From Gemmatimonadales bacterium (GTDB taxonomy: Bacteria; Gemmatimonadota; Gemmatimonadetes; Gemmatimonadales; GWC2-71-9): 30,984 bases of DNA. Both the position numbers and the translations under genes were made by a program. Location of the stretch: the NCBI GenBank assembly GCA_041615815.1, contig JBFJCP010000040.1:1-30984 (forward strand). The letters run 5' to 3'. The notes under the pieces were generated by a model. It was not told where the DNA came from and did not search any database. It was given only the letters and a program-made list of their open reading frames with translations. Shown here in pieces: positions 16,387-24,692 of this stretch. Each line of letters starts with the position of its first letter. Within the stretch, counting starts at the first letter, position 1.

Positions 16387-16416
16387 CAGCGCGCGACTCT
16401 GTGGTGTCGCGCGCTG
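16387..16416. terminator. Hairpin between convergent genes
   Basis: Perfect 11-bp stem CAGCGCGCGAC-N8-GTCGCGCGCTG; no U-tract. Confidence 0.5.
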
Positions 16417-16453
16417 CCCATGTGGGGTTGCCCCGCGAGCTAGGGTACCCCGG

Positions 16454-16825
16454 TCATGTGGCTTCGGCGAATGCGAGGAAGTATCCGTTGGGGTCCTGAA
16501 TCGCGAATTCTCGCATGCCGTATTCCATGACTTGCGGACCCCAGACGAACGGTACGCGACCTTCCCACTCCGTGACGAGTGCGGTCACACTTTCAGGATA
16601 GACGTAAAACGTCCCGCTCATGACGGGCTGGGCGGGTGTGCCGACCGGTGGGTCGGTGTGGAACTGAAACGTGATTCCATCACGAGACACTTCCGCCCAC
16701 GACGGACCCGTGGTGGGGTGCCGACCGGTGAGACGAAAGCCCAGGACCTCGATGTAGTAGTCGAGCGTCGCCTCCATGTCGTTCACGAGCAGGCTAGGTA
16801 CCAACCGGTGTCCAAGGCTTGTCAC
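16454..16825 (-). CDS. VOC / bleomycin resistance family protein
   Basis: CAGGAG then GTG at 16825; LVPSLLVNDMEATLDYYIEVLGF ... YGMREFAIQDPNGY. Confidence 0.88.
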   Translation of the reverse strand: MTSLGHRLVPSLLVNDMEATLDYYIEVLGFRLTGRHPTTGPSWAEVSRDGITFQFHTDPPVGTPAQPVMSGTFYVYPESVTALVTEWEGRVPFVWGPQVMEYGMREFAIQDPNGYFLAFAEAT

Positions 16826-16853
16826 GGGCGCTCCTGCAGCAGAGACCGTCGCA

Positions 16854-17699
16854 TCACCGAAGTGGACTCTCGGACCCTCCACGTGAATTGAGGCTGCGGA
16901 TGATCCGTCGCAGGCTCCAGCGGGGAAGGAATCGCACGGCCTGGGCGGCCGTCTTGTTCGCGAGGCCGGGCACGACCAACACGGTGCCACGGCGCCACGC
17001 ACGAAACCCCACACTGGCCACCACAGACGATGGGAGGGTTCCGAGCCCAAAGAGCCGAGTGCCACGCATCCCGGCCCGCTCGGCGAATGCGGTGTTGGTT
17101 GGACCGGGCGCGAGGCACGTCACATGGAGTCTGGTACCCCGGACCTCCTCAGCCAACGCCTCCGTAAAGGATTGCACATACGCCTTGGTCGCATAATAGA
17201 CCGCCATGAGCGGCCCCGGCTGAAAGGCCGCCGTTGAGCCCACATTGAGTACCCCACCGCGGTCACGCTCGAGCATCCCCGGAAGCAACAGGCGCGTCAG
17301 CGCCGTCAGCGCCATCACGTTTACGGCAATCATGTCGAGTTGTGGGCGAAAGTCGAGGTTCGCAGTCGCGCCACGCGCGCCGAAGCCTGCACCGTTCACG
17401 AGGATATCCACGGGGATGCCTTTGGCATCCAGCCGTCCCTTGATGGCTTCTGGGGTGTTCGAATCGCTCAGGTCGGCCGGTTCGACGTCGATACGCACGC
17501 CGTGTGCGTCCTGCAGTTCTCGAGCGACTTGCCGGAGCGTTGGCTCGCGACGGGCCACGAGAACCAGATCGTAGCCATCTGCGGCGAAGAGGCCAGCCAA
17601 TGCTCGTCCGATCCCCGAGGAGGCTCCCGTGATGAGCGTCGTTTGTCCACTCACCCGTGTCCGACCGCGCCCGAGATCGTGGTCACGCTGCGCCACCAT
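16854..17699 (-). CDS. Short-chain dehydrogenase/reductase
   Basis: LITGASSGIG, ILVNGAG, NVGS, YYATK (YxxxK), LAPGPT. The start may be GTG at 17654. Confidence 0.93.
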   Translation of the reverse strand: MVAQRDHDLGRGRTRVSGQTTLITGASSGIGRALAGLFAADGYDLVLVARREPTLRQVARELQDAHGVRIDVEPADLSDSNTPEAIKGRLDAKGIPVDILVNGAGFGARGATANLDFRPQLDMIAVNVMALTALTRLLLPGMLERDRGGVLNVGSTAAFQPGPLMAVYYATKAYVQSFTEALAEEVRGTRLHVTCLAPGPTNTAFAERAGMRGTRLFGLGTLPSSVVASVGFRAWRRGTVLVVPGLANKTAAQAVRFLPRWSLRRIIRSLNSRGGSESPLR

Positions 17700-17715
17700 G
17701 GTGTGCTTGGGAAAC

Positions 17716-18267
17716 TCACGAGCGCGAGGCCGCCGGCTTGAGCTTGTCGCGGAATTGGTCCCGGAACTTCGCCACTTTGGGGTCGATCACCAGCTTGCAG
17801 TAGGGTTGTTGCGCGTTCCGCCGGTAGTACTCCTGATGATAGTCTTCCGCGGCATAGAACGTGTCGAGGGGTGCCAGCTCCGTGACGATGGGCGAACTCC
17901 AGATGTTCGCCGCGTCGAGCTCGGCAATGGTCTGCTCCGCAATCGCCCGCTGCTCAGGGGAGTGGAAGTAGATCACGGACCGATACTGCGTTCCGACGTC
18001 CGGGCCTTGGCGGTTGAGTGTCGTGGGGTCATGGATGGCGAAGAAAACCTCCAAGACTTCGCGATACCCGGTCACGGACGGATCGAAGTGCACCTGGACG
18101 ACCTCGGCATGTCCCGTCATGCCGCTGCACACGAGGTGATACGACGGATCGGGCACCGAGCCGCCAGCGTATCCCGACACGACGCGGCTCACGCCTTGGA
18201 GCCGTTCGAACACAGCCTCGAGGCACCAGAAGCAGCCCCCACCTACGGTCGCCATTTCCAAAGCCAT
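17716..18267 (-). CDS. msrA: Peptide methionine (S)-sulfoxide reductase
   Basis: GGGCFWCLE, SGYAGG, TGHAEVV, HDPTTLNRQGPDVGTQYRS, AEDYHQEYY; AGGAG upstream. Confidence 0.97.
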   Translation of the reverse strand: MALEMATVGGGCFWCLEAVFERLQGVSRVVSGYAGGSVPDPSYHLVCSGMTGHAEVVQVHFDPSVTGYREVLEVFFAIHDPTTLNRQGPDVGTQYRSVIYFHSPEQRAIAEQTIAELDAANIWSSPIVTELAPLDTFYAAEDYHQEYYRRNAQQPYCKLVIDPKVAKFRDQFRDKLKPAASRS

Positions 18268-18295
18268 GGATTCTCCTAGTCGTTGGTCCGCTCAG

Positions 18296-18748
18296 TCACA
18301 TGGTCATCCCGTGCGACGCGTCCTCGCCCACTGTTCGTGCCTGCCGTTCGAACCAATTGTCCGCGTAGAACCGTCCGCTGCCAAGGGTGGCCACGACACC
18401 GGCCACGAAATACGCTGGGAAGAAAAGCGGCCCCCACCACTCGCACTGCCGCACGTGGACACGCTCGTGGGCTCGGGTCCTCTCGAGTGCAAACGCGTCG
18501 CGTCCGAGAACCACGTGTCCCAAGGTCATGGCGGCGACCCCCCCTTTGAGGGGAACCAGGCGTCGAAGCAGAAATGTCGTTATGCCACCTTGCACTTCCA
18601 CAACGCCGTCCACGATCGCGAGCCGTCCCCTGGTGGCGACGGTGGCGACGGCGACGATGAGGCCGAGAACGGTCACCGGCGCCGCCCAAAGGTAGAAGAT
18701 CGGACGTATCGCGAGGCGAGCCATGCGCCGTCCCGACATGCCGCTCAC
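18296..18748 (-). CDS. Hypothetical HExxH (zincin-like) membrane-associated protein
   Basis: N-terminal hydrophobic helix; AMTLGHVV, AHERVHVRQ, YADNWFERQAR. GTG at 18748 overlaps the upstream stop (GTGA); alternative ATGs at 18739 and 18724. Confidence 0.72.
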   Translation of the reverse strand: MSGMSGRRMARLAIRPIFYLWAAPVTVLGLIVAVATVATRGRLAIVDGVVEVQGGITTFLLRRLVPLKGGVAAMTLGHVVLGRDAFALERTRAHERVHVRQCEWWGPLFFPAYFVAGVVATLGSGRFYADNWFERQARTVGEDASHGMTM

Positions 18749-19539
18749 TCCGCTTTGCGCTCGGTGAAGCGTAAGCCGGACCACGTGTCGTCGAGTGATG
18801 CGATTTTGAAGTCGACCAAATCGTGGGCTTCGGCCGTACGACGAACGATGACTTGGGTCATTTGCGATTCCTTCGTCCCCTGGCGCTTTGGCCAGGCGAT
18901 CCAGAGTCCGCCTTTGCGAGCATGCCGTCGCATGGTTCCCATCCGGCGCTGGAGCTCATGGCGGGTGCGCACGAACCAGATCATCATGTCCGGCCTCCCG
19001 CGAGCGTCCCGCCGCATGGTCACGTTGCGCGGCATCGGCGTGATCTTCCTCTCGAACCCCGAGGGGGCGCCCACGAGTGCCACCGTGATGCTCTGCTTGA
19101 TGCCGAGCTTCTTCGGAAGCGGGGTTCCCCGATACGCTGCCATGGCGCTGGAAAAGACGACCGGATCGCGCACGGGTGTGGCCAGCGCGTTCCGAAGGGC
19201 ACGTCGGATCCGCGACCACTCTTCATACGTGGCGTCGGGGAGGAGTTGTCTGATCTCCGCCACTTTGTCCGGGGCTCCGCCGACGAACACCAGCGGAACC
19301 GATCTGGTTGGCCGATGATGCCGGAGGTACACCGCGACATCACGCCCCTGGGCCGGCTGGCGAGAGAGGTCGATGACTACCGCATCCGGTGGGGCCCGCC
19401 GGATCTTGCCGAGCACCTTCTGGTTCACCGGGTCGAGTTCAACACGGAACCCGCTTCGTTTCAGGATACCGACCTCACGGGCCGCCTCGGTCGGCTTCGA
19501 GTGGATCAGGCGAATCCGTGGTCGGCTTCTCTTACCCAC
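18745..19539 (-). CDS. Degenerate receiver-like domain fused to a DUF3052-like domain
   Basis: N-terminal half: PPDAVVIDLS..QGRDVA..LR..TRSVPLVFVGG (receiver-like). C-terminal half: YRGTPLPKKLGIK...GGLWIAWPK...LVDFKIASLDDTWSGLRF (DUF3052-like). Confidence 0.75.
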   Translation of the reverse strand: MGKRSRPRIRLIHSKPTEAAREVGILKRSGFRVELDPVNQKVLGKIRRAPPDAVVIDLSRQPAQGRDVAVYLRHHRPTRSVPLVFVGGAPDKVAEIRQLLPDATYEEWSRIRRALRNALATPVRDPVVFSSAMAAYRGTPLPKKLGIKQSITVALVGAPSGFERKITPMPRNVTMRRDARGRPDMMIWFVRTRHELQRRMGTMRRHARKGGLWIAWPKRQGTKESQMTQVIVRRTAEAHDLVDFKIASLDDTWSGLRFTERKAE

Positions 19540-19593
19540 GTCCGAGTGTCTCCGGAGTACAAAGTCCGTTCCGAACTCTCGTGTTCCAGGACA

Positions 19594-21045
19594 TCACCAA
19601 ACCCGCCGCGCATAATTGCTGTGGCGCCAAACTCTAGATGCCATCCCATCGGGACCCATCTCAAAGGTGATTGCTTCCCCCAGGGTTCCATCATCGCGGC
19701 GGCGCCGGAACGTATGGCCCTCGACGTGTTCGAGGACGATCAACGAGTTCATCGGGTCCGCCGTCGGGAGGTAGACGATGGCGAGTCCGCCCTTCCACGG
19801 AATCACATGTTCTTCTCCTGCCAGCCAATCGTCGTATCGTCCAACGTACTTTGCGAATGCAGGATTGGGTGGGACACCACCACCGGGATCGCTCGCGGTT
19901 TCCCGAATGACCGGTGCCATGATCTCATAAGCCCGTTGCGTATACATGGCGCTGTTGAGTCCGTTCGTATTGGTCATGAAGATCGTCGCAATCGCGTCTT
20001 CCGGTTGGAGGCGAAAATGCGCTTGGTACCCAGGGCAGTAGCCTCCGTGACCCACGAACGTCTTCTTGTCGGAACGGGAGACCCAGAAGCCGAGCCCGCG
20101 AGTTGTGTCCCAATCCGGATCGATCCAATGCACACGATGCATCTCTCGCAGCGTTGCCGCGTTGAGTACCTCCTCCCCTCCGTGTTTGAGAAGCCGAAAC
20201 TGCCACGAGGCAAAGCGCGCGAGATCTTCCACCGTGGAGGTGAAGCCGGCGGCCGGCGCGATGCCGCGCACTTGGTACGCGGGGACGGGTTCCCGGCTCC
20301 CATCCCGGCGCACCGCCGTATACCCCCTCGCCAATCGGTTCCCGCGGAGGTCGTCGCGATGCTCCGTGTTTGTGTCGTCCATACCCAGTGGATCGAGGAT
20401 CTGGCGCCGGACATAGTCTGCATACGTTTCCCCAGATGCTGCAGCCACGATTTCGCCGGCCAGCGTGAGACCCAGGTTCGAGTACTGGTAGTACCGATCG
20501 GCGGGATACAGCGTGCGTTGGGTACCGACCCGTTCGATGATCTCTTCCCGAGTGGGAAACGGGTAGTCTGGCCCTGTCCAATACGGGTAGTCCGACTCTC
20601 GAGGAAGTCCGGCGGAGTGCGTGAGCATCCCGCGGATGCTGAGGGATGGGGACGCCGGGTCGGCGCGCTCGATGTTGAACCAGGGGAGATGTTCGGCTGG
20701 AGCATCATCGAGGCGCAACATTTTCCGGTCCCGAAGCTGCATGATCCCAATGCTGGTGAAGAGCTTCGAGATCGAACAGATGGAATACATCGTCGTTGGC
20801 AGTGCTGCAGTTCGAGTTTCCAGGCGCGCGAATCCGAACCCCTTGCTCCACACCAGCTCCTGGTCGTGAACGACGGCCATCGAAACGCCTGGCAGTCGCT
20901 CGTACGCCTGTTGGGCATCGACCCAACGCTCCAGCAGTGCCAATGCCGATACCACGCGTGGATCATCCCGCATCACTTGTCCCGTCACGGGCGACGTGAG
21001 CATCGAACCAAGAACCAGCAAAACGGGCCAGCATTTGCAGATCAT
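19594..21045 (-). CDS. Secreted serine hydrolase, beta-lactamase class C-like family
   Basis: GGAGA then ATG at 21045 and a signal peptide; SISK (SxxK), LTHSAGL, YSN (YxN), VGHGG; small C-terminal beta domain. Confidence 0.92.
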   Translation of the reverse strand: MICKCWPVLLVLGSMLTSPVTGQVMRDDPRVVSALALLERWVDAQQAYERLPGVSMAVVHDQELVWSKGFGFARLETRTAALPTTMYSICSISKLFTSIGIMQLRDRKMLRLDDAPAEHLPWFNIERADPASPSLSIRGMLTHSAGLPRESDYPYWTGPDYPFPTREEIIERVGTQRTLYPADRYYQYSNLGLTLAGEIVAAASGETYADYVRRQILDPLGMDDTNTEHRDDLRGNRLARGYTAVRRDGSREPVPAYQVRGIAPAAGFTSTVEDLARFASWQFRLLKHGGEEVLNAATLREMHRVHWIDPDWDTTRGLGFWVSRSDKKTFVGHGGYCPGYQAHFRLQPEDAIATIFMTNTNGLNSAMYTQRAYEIMAPVIRETASDPGGGVPPNPAFAKYVGRYDDWLAGEEHVIPWKGGLAIVYLPTADPMNSLIVLEHVEGHTFRRRRDDGTLGEAITFEMGPDGMASRVWRHSNYARRVW

Positions 21046-21124
21046 GATTCTCTCCACTGTTCCGATGAACGGATATGATCGCAGAAACCGGTGCTGCACC
21101 CAGCGCGGCCTACAGGATGGGCTC

Positions 21125-21598
21125 TCACCGGTGTCCTGCTGTCCACGATTCGGACACCCGTACGGCCAGGACTTCCGCTGTTACGCACTCGTCGTCGACG
21201 CACGCCATCGTGCAATGGACCTGTGTCTTTTTGCCTTTGGTGCGAATGATGCGTGCCTGCAGCGTGACCGGTTGGTCGATGGGCGTTGGCTGCAGGTAAT
21301 GAACAGTCAATGAGCCGGTCACGTACCACACGAGGGGATACGTTCCAATCGCTCGACCCTCTCGCCGATACGCATCGGCAACGGCGGTGCAGATGCTGTG
21401 GCAATCCACCAGGGTCGCAATGATGCCGCCATTCAGGAATTCCGGAGTCCCGGCGTTCTGGTGAGGAGATGCGTGATAGGTGCAGACGGCATGCTCCCCC
21501 TCCCAGTAACTCTTGATACGCAAGCCATGGGTATTGTCGGGGCCGCAGCCAAAGCAGTGATTGTTGGGGATTTGATCCTGAAAGGCCACAGCGGGCAT
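21125..21598 (-). CDS. PaaI-family (hotdog-fold) thioesterase
   Basis: AGGAG then ATG at 21598; CFGCGPDNTHGL, LNGGIIATLVDCH, VTGSLTVHYLQPTP. Confidence 0.88.
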   Translation of the reverse strand: MPAVAFQDQIPNNHCFGCGPDNTHGLRIKSYWEGEHAVCTYHASPHQNAGTPEFLNGGIIATLVDCHSICTAVADAYRREGRAIGTYPLVWYVTGSLTVHYLQPTPIDQPVTLQARIIRTKGKKTQVHCTMACVDDECVTAEVLAVRVSESWTAGHR

Positions 21599-21677
21599 GG
21601 TCGAACTCCTCGGTCCTGCGTCTAGCCAATGTGTCCGTCCGTTTTGCCACCGGCAGCCACAGCGCTCGCCTATCCGC

Positions 21678-22106
21678 CTACGCCCCGTCGAGCCGAAGCT
21701 GAAAGTGATAGCTGGGAATGTGCATTCCACGGCGGAAGTAGAATCGATGCGCGCTGTGCCGATGCACGCCGGAGTCGAGATCCAACTGCTGGCAGTCGGC
21801 GTCTTGAGCCCGTTGGACCAGCCAGTCGAACAGCCCGGCTCCGTAGCCTGCGGAGCGCGCCGCCTCGGTGGTGACTAGATCGTCAACATACATATGGCGA
21901 CCCCGCGACAACATATCCCCCACGCGGTAGCCGGCCACCGCTTGGACCTCACCCTCATCCTCCAAAAGCACGAGTTTGTACCCGCCTGATTGGAGCGCCT
22001 GAATCCGCGCTACGAACTGGGCTTCGATGAGAGCAGGACGCAGCTGTACCATCACGGGAAAACAGCGGGCGATGTCTTCACATGACTCGGCGTGGCGGAT
22101 CCGCAT
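21678..22106 (-). CDS. GNAT family N-acetyltransferase
   Basis: YVDDLVTTEAARSAGYG (motif A) and LDSGVHRHSAHRFY; GGGGAG upstream. Confidence 0.93.
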   Translation of the reverse strand: MRIRHAESCEDIARCFPVMVQLRPALIEAQFVARIQALQSGGYKLVLLEDEGEVQAVAGYRVGDMLSRGRHMYVDDLVTTEAARSAGYGAGLFDWLVQRAQDADCQQLDLDSGVHRHSAHRFYFRRGMHIPSYHFQLRLDGA

Positions 22107-22193
22107 GGATTCGGCTCCCCTCGTTGGGATCGACGGCTTGTCCCTACGGTGCGCGGCCTCGTTTCCCCGCGTTTCGAACGGCCGCTTGCCGGG

Positions 22194-22640
22194 TCAGGCA
22201 TGGTCCAGGTGTTCCTGCTGACCCACGGCGTAGGCCTCCCGTACTAGATCGGTAAACGCGCTGTCCATTTCGTCCGCGCGCTGGATGCGAAAGTAGTGCG
22301 CGTAGCACTTGGGCGCGATTCGCTCCACTCGCCGAATGGCGTGGTGGCTGTGTTGTCGAGTCAACCACAGCCCGCCGTCGAGCCATCGCTGCTTGGGCGT
22401 ACACCCGGCAAATCGCACGCGTCCCTGAAAGGTGATCCTGGTCTTTTGCGCGTAGACGGTCACGGGTCCACATGCTCGTACCAGCGACCGAAACCGATTG
22501 AAGAGGCGGCGGACCTCGGGATCGTTGTTCCGAAAGTGATCGGCGAGACGGTACCGGCCGCACGAGTGCCACAGATGGCGTGTCACGAAGCGGTGCCCGC
22601 ATCGTGGACACCGCCAGAGCGGTTTCTGCTTCTTGGTCAT
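22194..22640 (-). CDS. DUF5655-like protein with N-terminal CxxC-x10-HxC motif
   Basis: WRCPRCGHRFVTRHLWHSC, then KTRITFQGRVRFAG ... LVREAY. Start is ATG 22640 or GTG 22652. Confidence 0.75.
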   Translation of the reverse strand: MTKKQKPLWRCPRCGHRFVTRHLWHSCGRYRLADHFRNNDPEVRRLFNRFRSLVRACGPVTVYAQKTRITFQGRVRFAGCTPKQRWLDGGLWLTRQHSHHAIRRVERIAPKCYAHYFRIQRADEMDSAFTDLVREAYAVGQQEHLDHA

Positions 22641-22656
22641 GGCGTCCCCCACGGCA

Positions 22657-22953
22657 TCAGGTGGCGAGCGTCACGACGAATACGCGGACGAGGTAGTAAC
22701 CCGCCACACTGCCTGCCAGTGCCGTTGCCGCGAGCAGTACGACGTCGATGTTGGCTCGTTGCTGACGTCGAAGGAAGAGGGCTGCCCCTGCGAGCGCCAT
22801 GCCAGCGCTCAGCACGATACCAGGGATGAAGAGCGGTGCCGCCGCCCACGCTCCCCATCCCTCGTAACGGCCGACGGTGCGCAGCACCAACAAATGCACA
22901 AGGAGCGGTACCCAAGATGTGCCGATGAGAAGCGAGCGTCCTGAGAGTGCCAC
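22657..22953 (-). CDS. Hypothetical membrane protein (about 3 TM helices)
   Basis: Three hydrophobic segments; fits between its neighbours if started at GTG 22953. Confidence 0.55.
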   Translation of the reverse strand: MALSGRSLLIGTSWVPLLVHLLVLRTVGRYEGWGAWAAAPLFIPGIVLSAGMALAGAALFLRRQQRANIDVVLLAATALAGSVAGYYLVRVFVVTLAT

Positions 22954-22957
22954 GATC

Positions 22958-23341
22958 TCAGGCCCGTCGCGATGGGAGTTTGCGGTTCTCCAGCGCGGCC
23001 TGGAGATCCCACGCCGCCCGCGAGGCCGCGGCTCGCTGACCCCACGCGATGGCGAGAACGAGTGTGCCGCCCTGCGCACCCGGCATGTCCTGGAACACCG
23101 TGAGGCGGTGCGCCACGAGCCTGAGGCGAGGAGAGAAGAACCTCCTCCGATACTCGACCGCCGCCAGATCGTCGAGTGGGAAGGACCGCGCGTGAACCGA
23201 TGAGCGTGTGAGTCGCATGTTGGTGGTCTGAAACTCGAGCTCGAGCGTCCCGCCGTCGAAGCGGAGGACCCCTCTGATGCTCAGAATCCCGCGCATGACG
23301 TCGTCCACCGACGGTTCGATCGTGAAGGGAACGCTGTGCAC
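22958..23341 (-). CDS. Hypothetical protein (possibly PH-like fold)
   Basis: SVPFTI...GVLRFDGGTLELEFQT...FPLDDLAAVEYRRRFFSPRLRL is protein-like, beta-rich and ends in a helix. The start is approximate; the longer ORF-track version overlaps the LOG gene. Confidence 0.6.
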   Translation of the reverse strand: MHSVPFTIEPSVDDVMRGILSIRGVLRFDGGTLELEFQTTNMRLTRSSVHARSFPLDDLAAVEYRRRFFSPRLRLVAHRLTVFQDMPGAQGGTLVLAIAWGQRAAASRAAWDLQAALENRKLPSRRA

Positions 23342-23462
23342 CACCCTCACGACGTGGGCCGGTCCTGCAAACGTGCGCACCGCTGGTGGTCTTCGAACGC
23401 TCGCCTGTGGGGTCGGCTGGTGGCTTCGCGCTGGATCACGGCCCAGGGAGCGGTTCGCCTGA

Positions 23463-24044
23463 TCATGCCGTCTCGCGGTCGATCCATTTCGAGATCGTGG
23501 GTGCCCGATAGGTCGCCATCCGATCGAGAAGCTCGGCCGGATCGCTGTCCACGAGCACCATGTGTCGATGGGCGGGGGCGAGAAACTGCTCACGCTCTGC
23601 CTCTTCGAGGAACTGCAAGAGCCGATCGTAATACCGGCCCACATTCAACAGACCCAGGGGTTTTTGGTGCATGCCGAGCTGGGCCCAGGTCAGGACTTCG
23701 AAGGTCTCGTCGAGCGTACCGAGGCCACCCGGCATGACCACAAACCCGTCTGCGAGCTCCGTCATCGTCGCTTTGCGCTCGTGCATCGACGCCACCACGC
23801 GAAGCTCGGTGAGGCCGCGGTGTGCAATCTCCCGATCGCGGAGCGCGTTGGGTATGACGCCGATCACGGTGCCGCCGCCTTCGACGACGCAATCTGCGAG
23901 ACGCCCCATCAGGCCGACGCTCGCCCCCCCATAGACCAGTTCTATCCGTCGGCGGAGCAATGAAACAGCCAGGCGGTCCGCCGCGGCCAGATAATCGGGC
24001 CGCGCACCGGCGCTCGATCCGGCAAAGACGCAGATCCTCTTCAT
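23463..24044 (-). CDS. LOG family protein (nucleotide phosphoribohydrolase, TIGR00730-like)
   Basis: ICVFAGSS, LVYGGASVGLMG, SMHERK, PGGLGTLDE. Confidence 0.95.
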   Translation of the reverse strand: MKRICVFAGSSAGARPDYLAAADRLAVSLLRRRIELVYGGASVGLMGRLADCVVEGGGTVIGVIPNALRDREIAHRGLTELRVVASMHERKATMTELADGFVVMPGGLGTLDETFEVLTWAQLGMHQKPLGLLNVGRYYDRLLQFLEEAEREQFLAPAHRHMVLVDSDPAELLDRMATYRAPTISKWIDRETA

Positions 24045-24092
24045 CGCTACCCGGAGGTCACATGGTCGAAGATGCCATGCCCCGTTACGCGA

Positions 24093-24623
24093 TTAAGCCA
24101 AGGCATTGCGCATGCGAGCGAGTACCTCGGTGATCCGCGCCAGGTGATGGTCGTCGTGTTCGGCCACGAAAAAGCACAGATCCACCACACTCATCGGCTG
24201 ACGCAGGCTTGGATGCCGCGAAGTCAAAGCGAGTTGCTGGTCGGTGAGCGCTTCGAGTTGTCCTACCATGCTCATTCGCGCCTTTCGAAACGCCCGCAGC
24301 AGTTCCTGGACCCGCCGCTCATTGTGACCGGCCTCGTGCGTCTTGCGATTTTGGAGATCGGCTTCACGCAGGTCGGGCTTGCCCTCCAAGAGGTCTGCCA
24401 CGCGGCCGCTCCAGAGCGGTTCGAGATCGAGGAGATGTCCCACGTTCTCCTGGATGGACCACTGGTCGTCGAGGCGGGACGCCAAGAGCGGTGAGGGAAG
24501 CTGTCCAACCCGCTCCTCGAGGCGGGCCGGCGTACCACGCACGCGCTCCACGATATCGGGGAAGGCGTCCAGCGGTAGCCCCAGCTCGAATTGTCGCTCG
24601 AACCAGCGTCGTCGGCTCATCAT
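24093..24623 (-). CDS. DinB family protein
   Basis: WSIQENVGHL and FVAEHDDHHL carry the His triad of the DinB/YfiT four-helix fold. Confidence 0.9.
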   Translation of the reverse strand: MMSRRRWFERQFELGLPLDAFPDIVERVRGTPARLEERVGQLPSPLLASRLDDQWSIQENVGHLLDLEPLWSGRVADLLEGKPDLREADLQNRKTHEAGHNERRVQELLRAFRKARMSMVGQLEALTDQQLALTSRHPSLRQPMSVVDLCFFVAEHDDHHLARITEVLARMRNALA

Positions 24624-24692
24624 CGCTTCCCCGGCAAGTAGTCCCGTTGGAAAATGGCTGGCGCTGGCGGGGGTGGCAAACCCATCCCGGCC

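Noticed and set aside
18823..21078. 751-aa plus-strand ORF
   Set aside because: Antisense shadow of the beta-lactamase-family and DUF3052 genes; Arg/His-rich with no motifs. Long shadow ORFs are expected at high GC.
23365..23385. Sigma54-like GG...TTGCA on the minus strand
   Set aside because: The GG-to-GC spacing is off by one base and the -24 box is a poor match.
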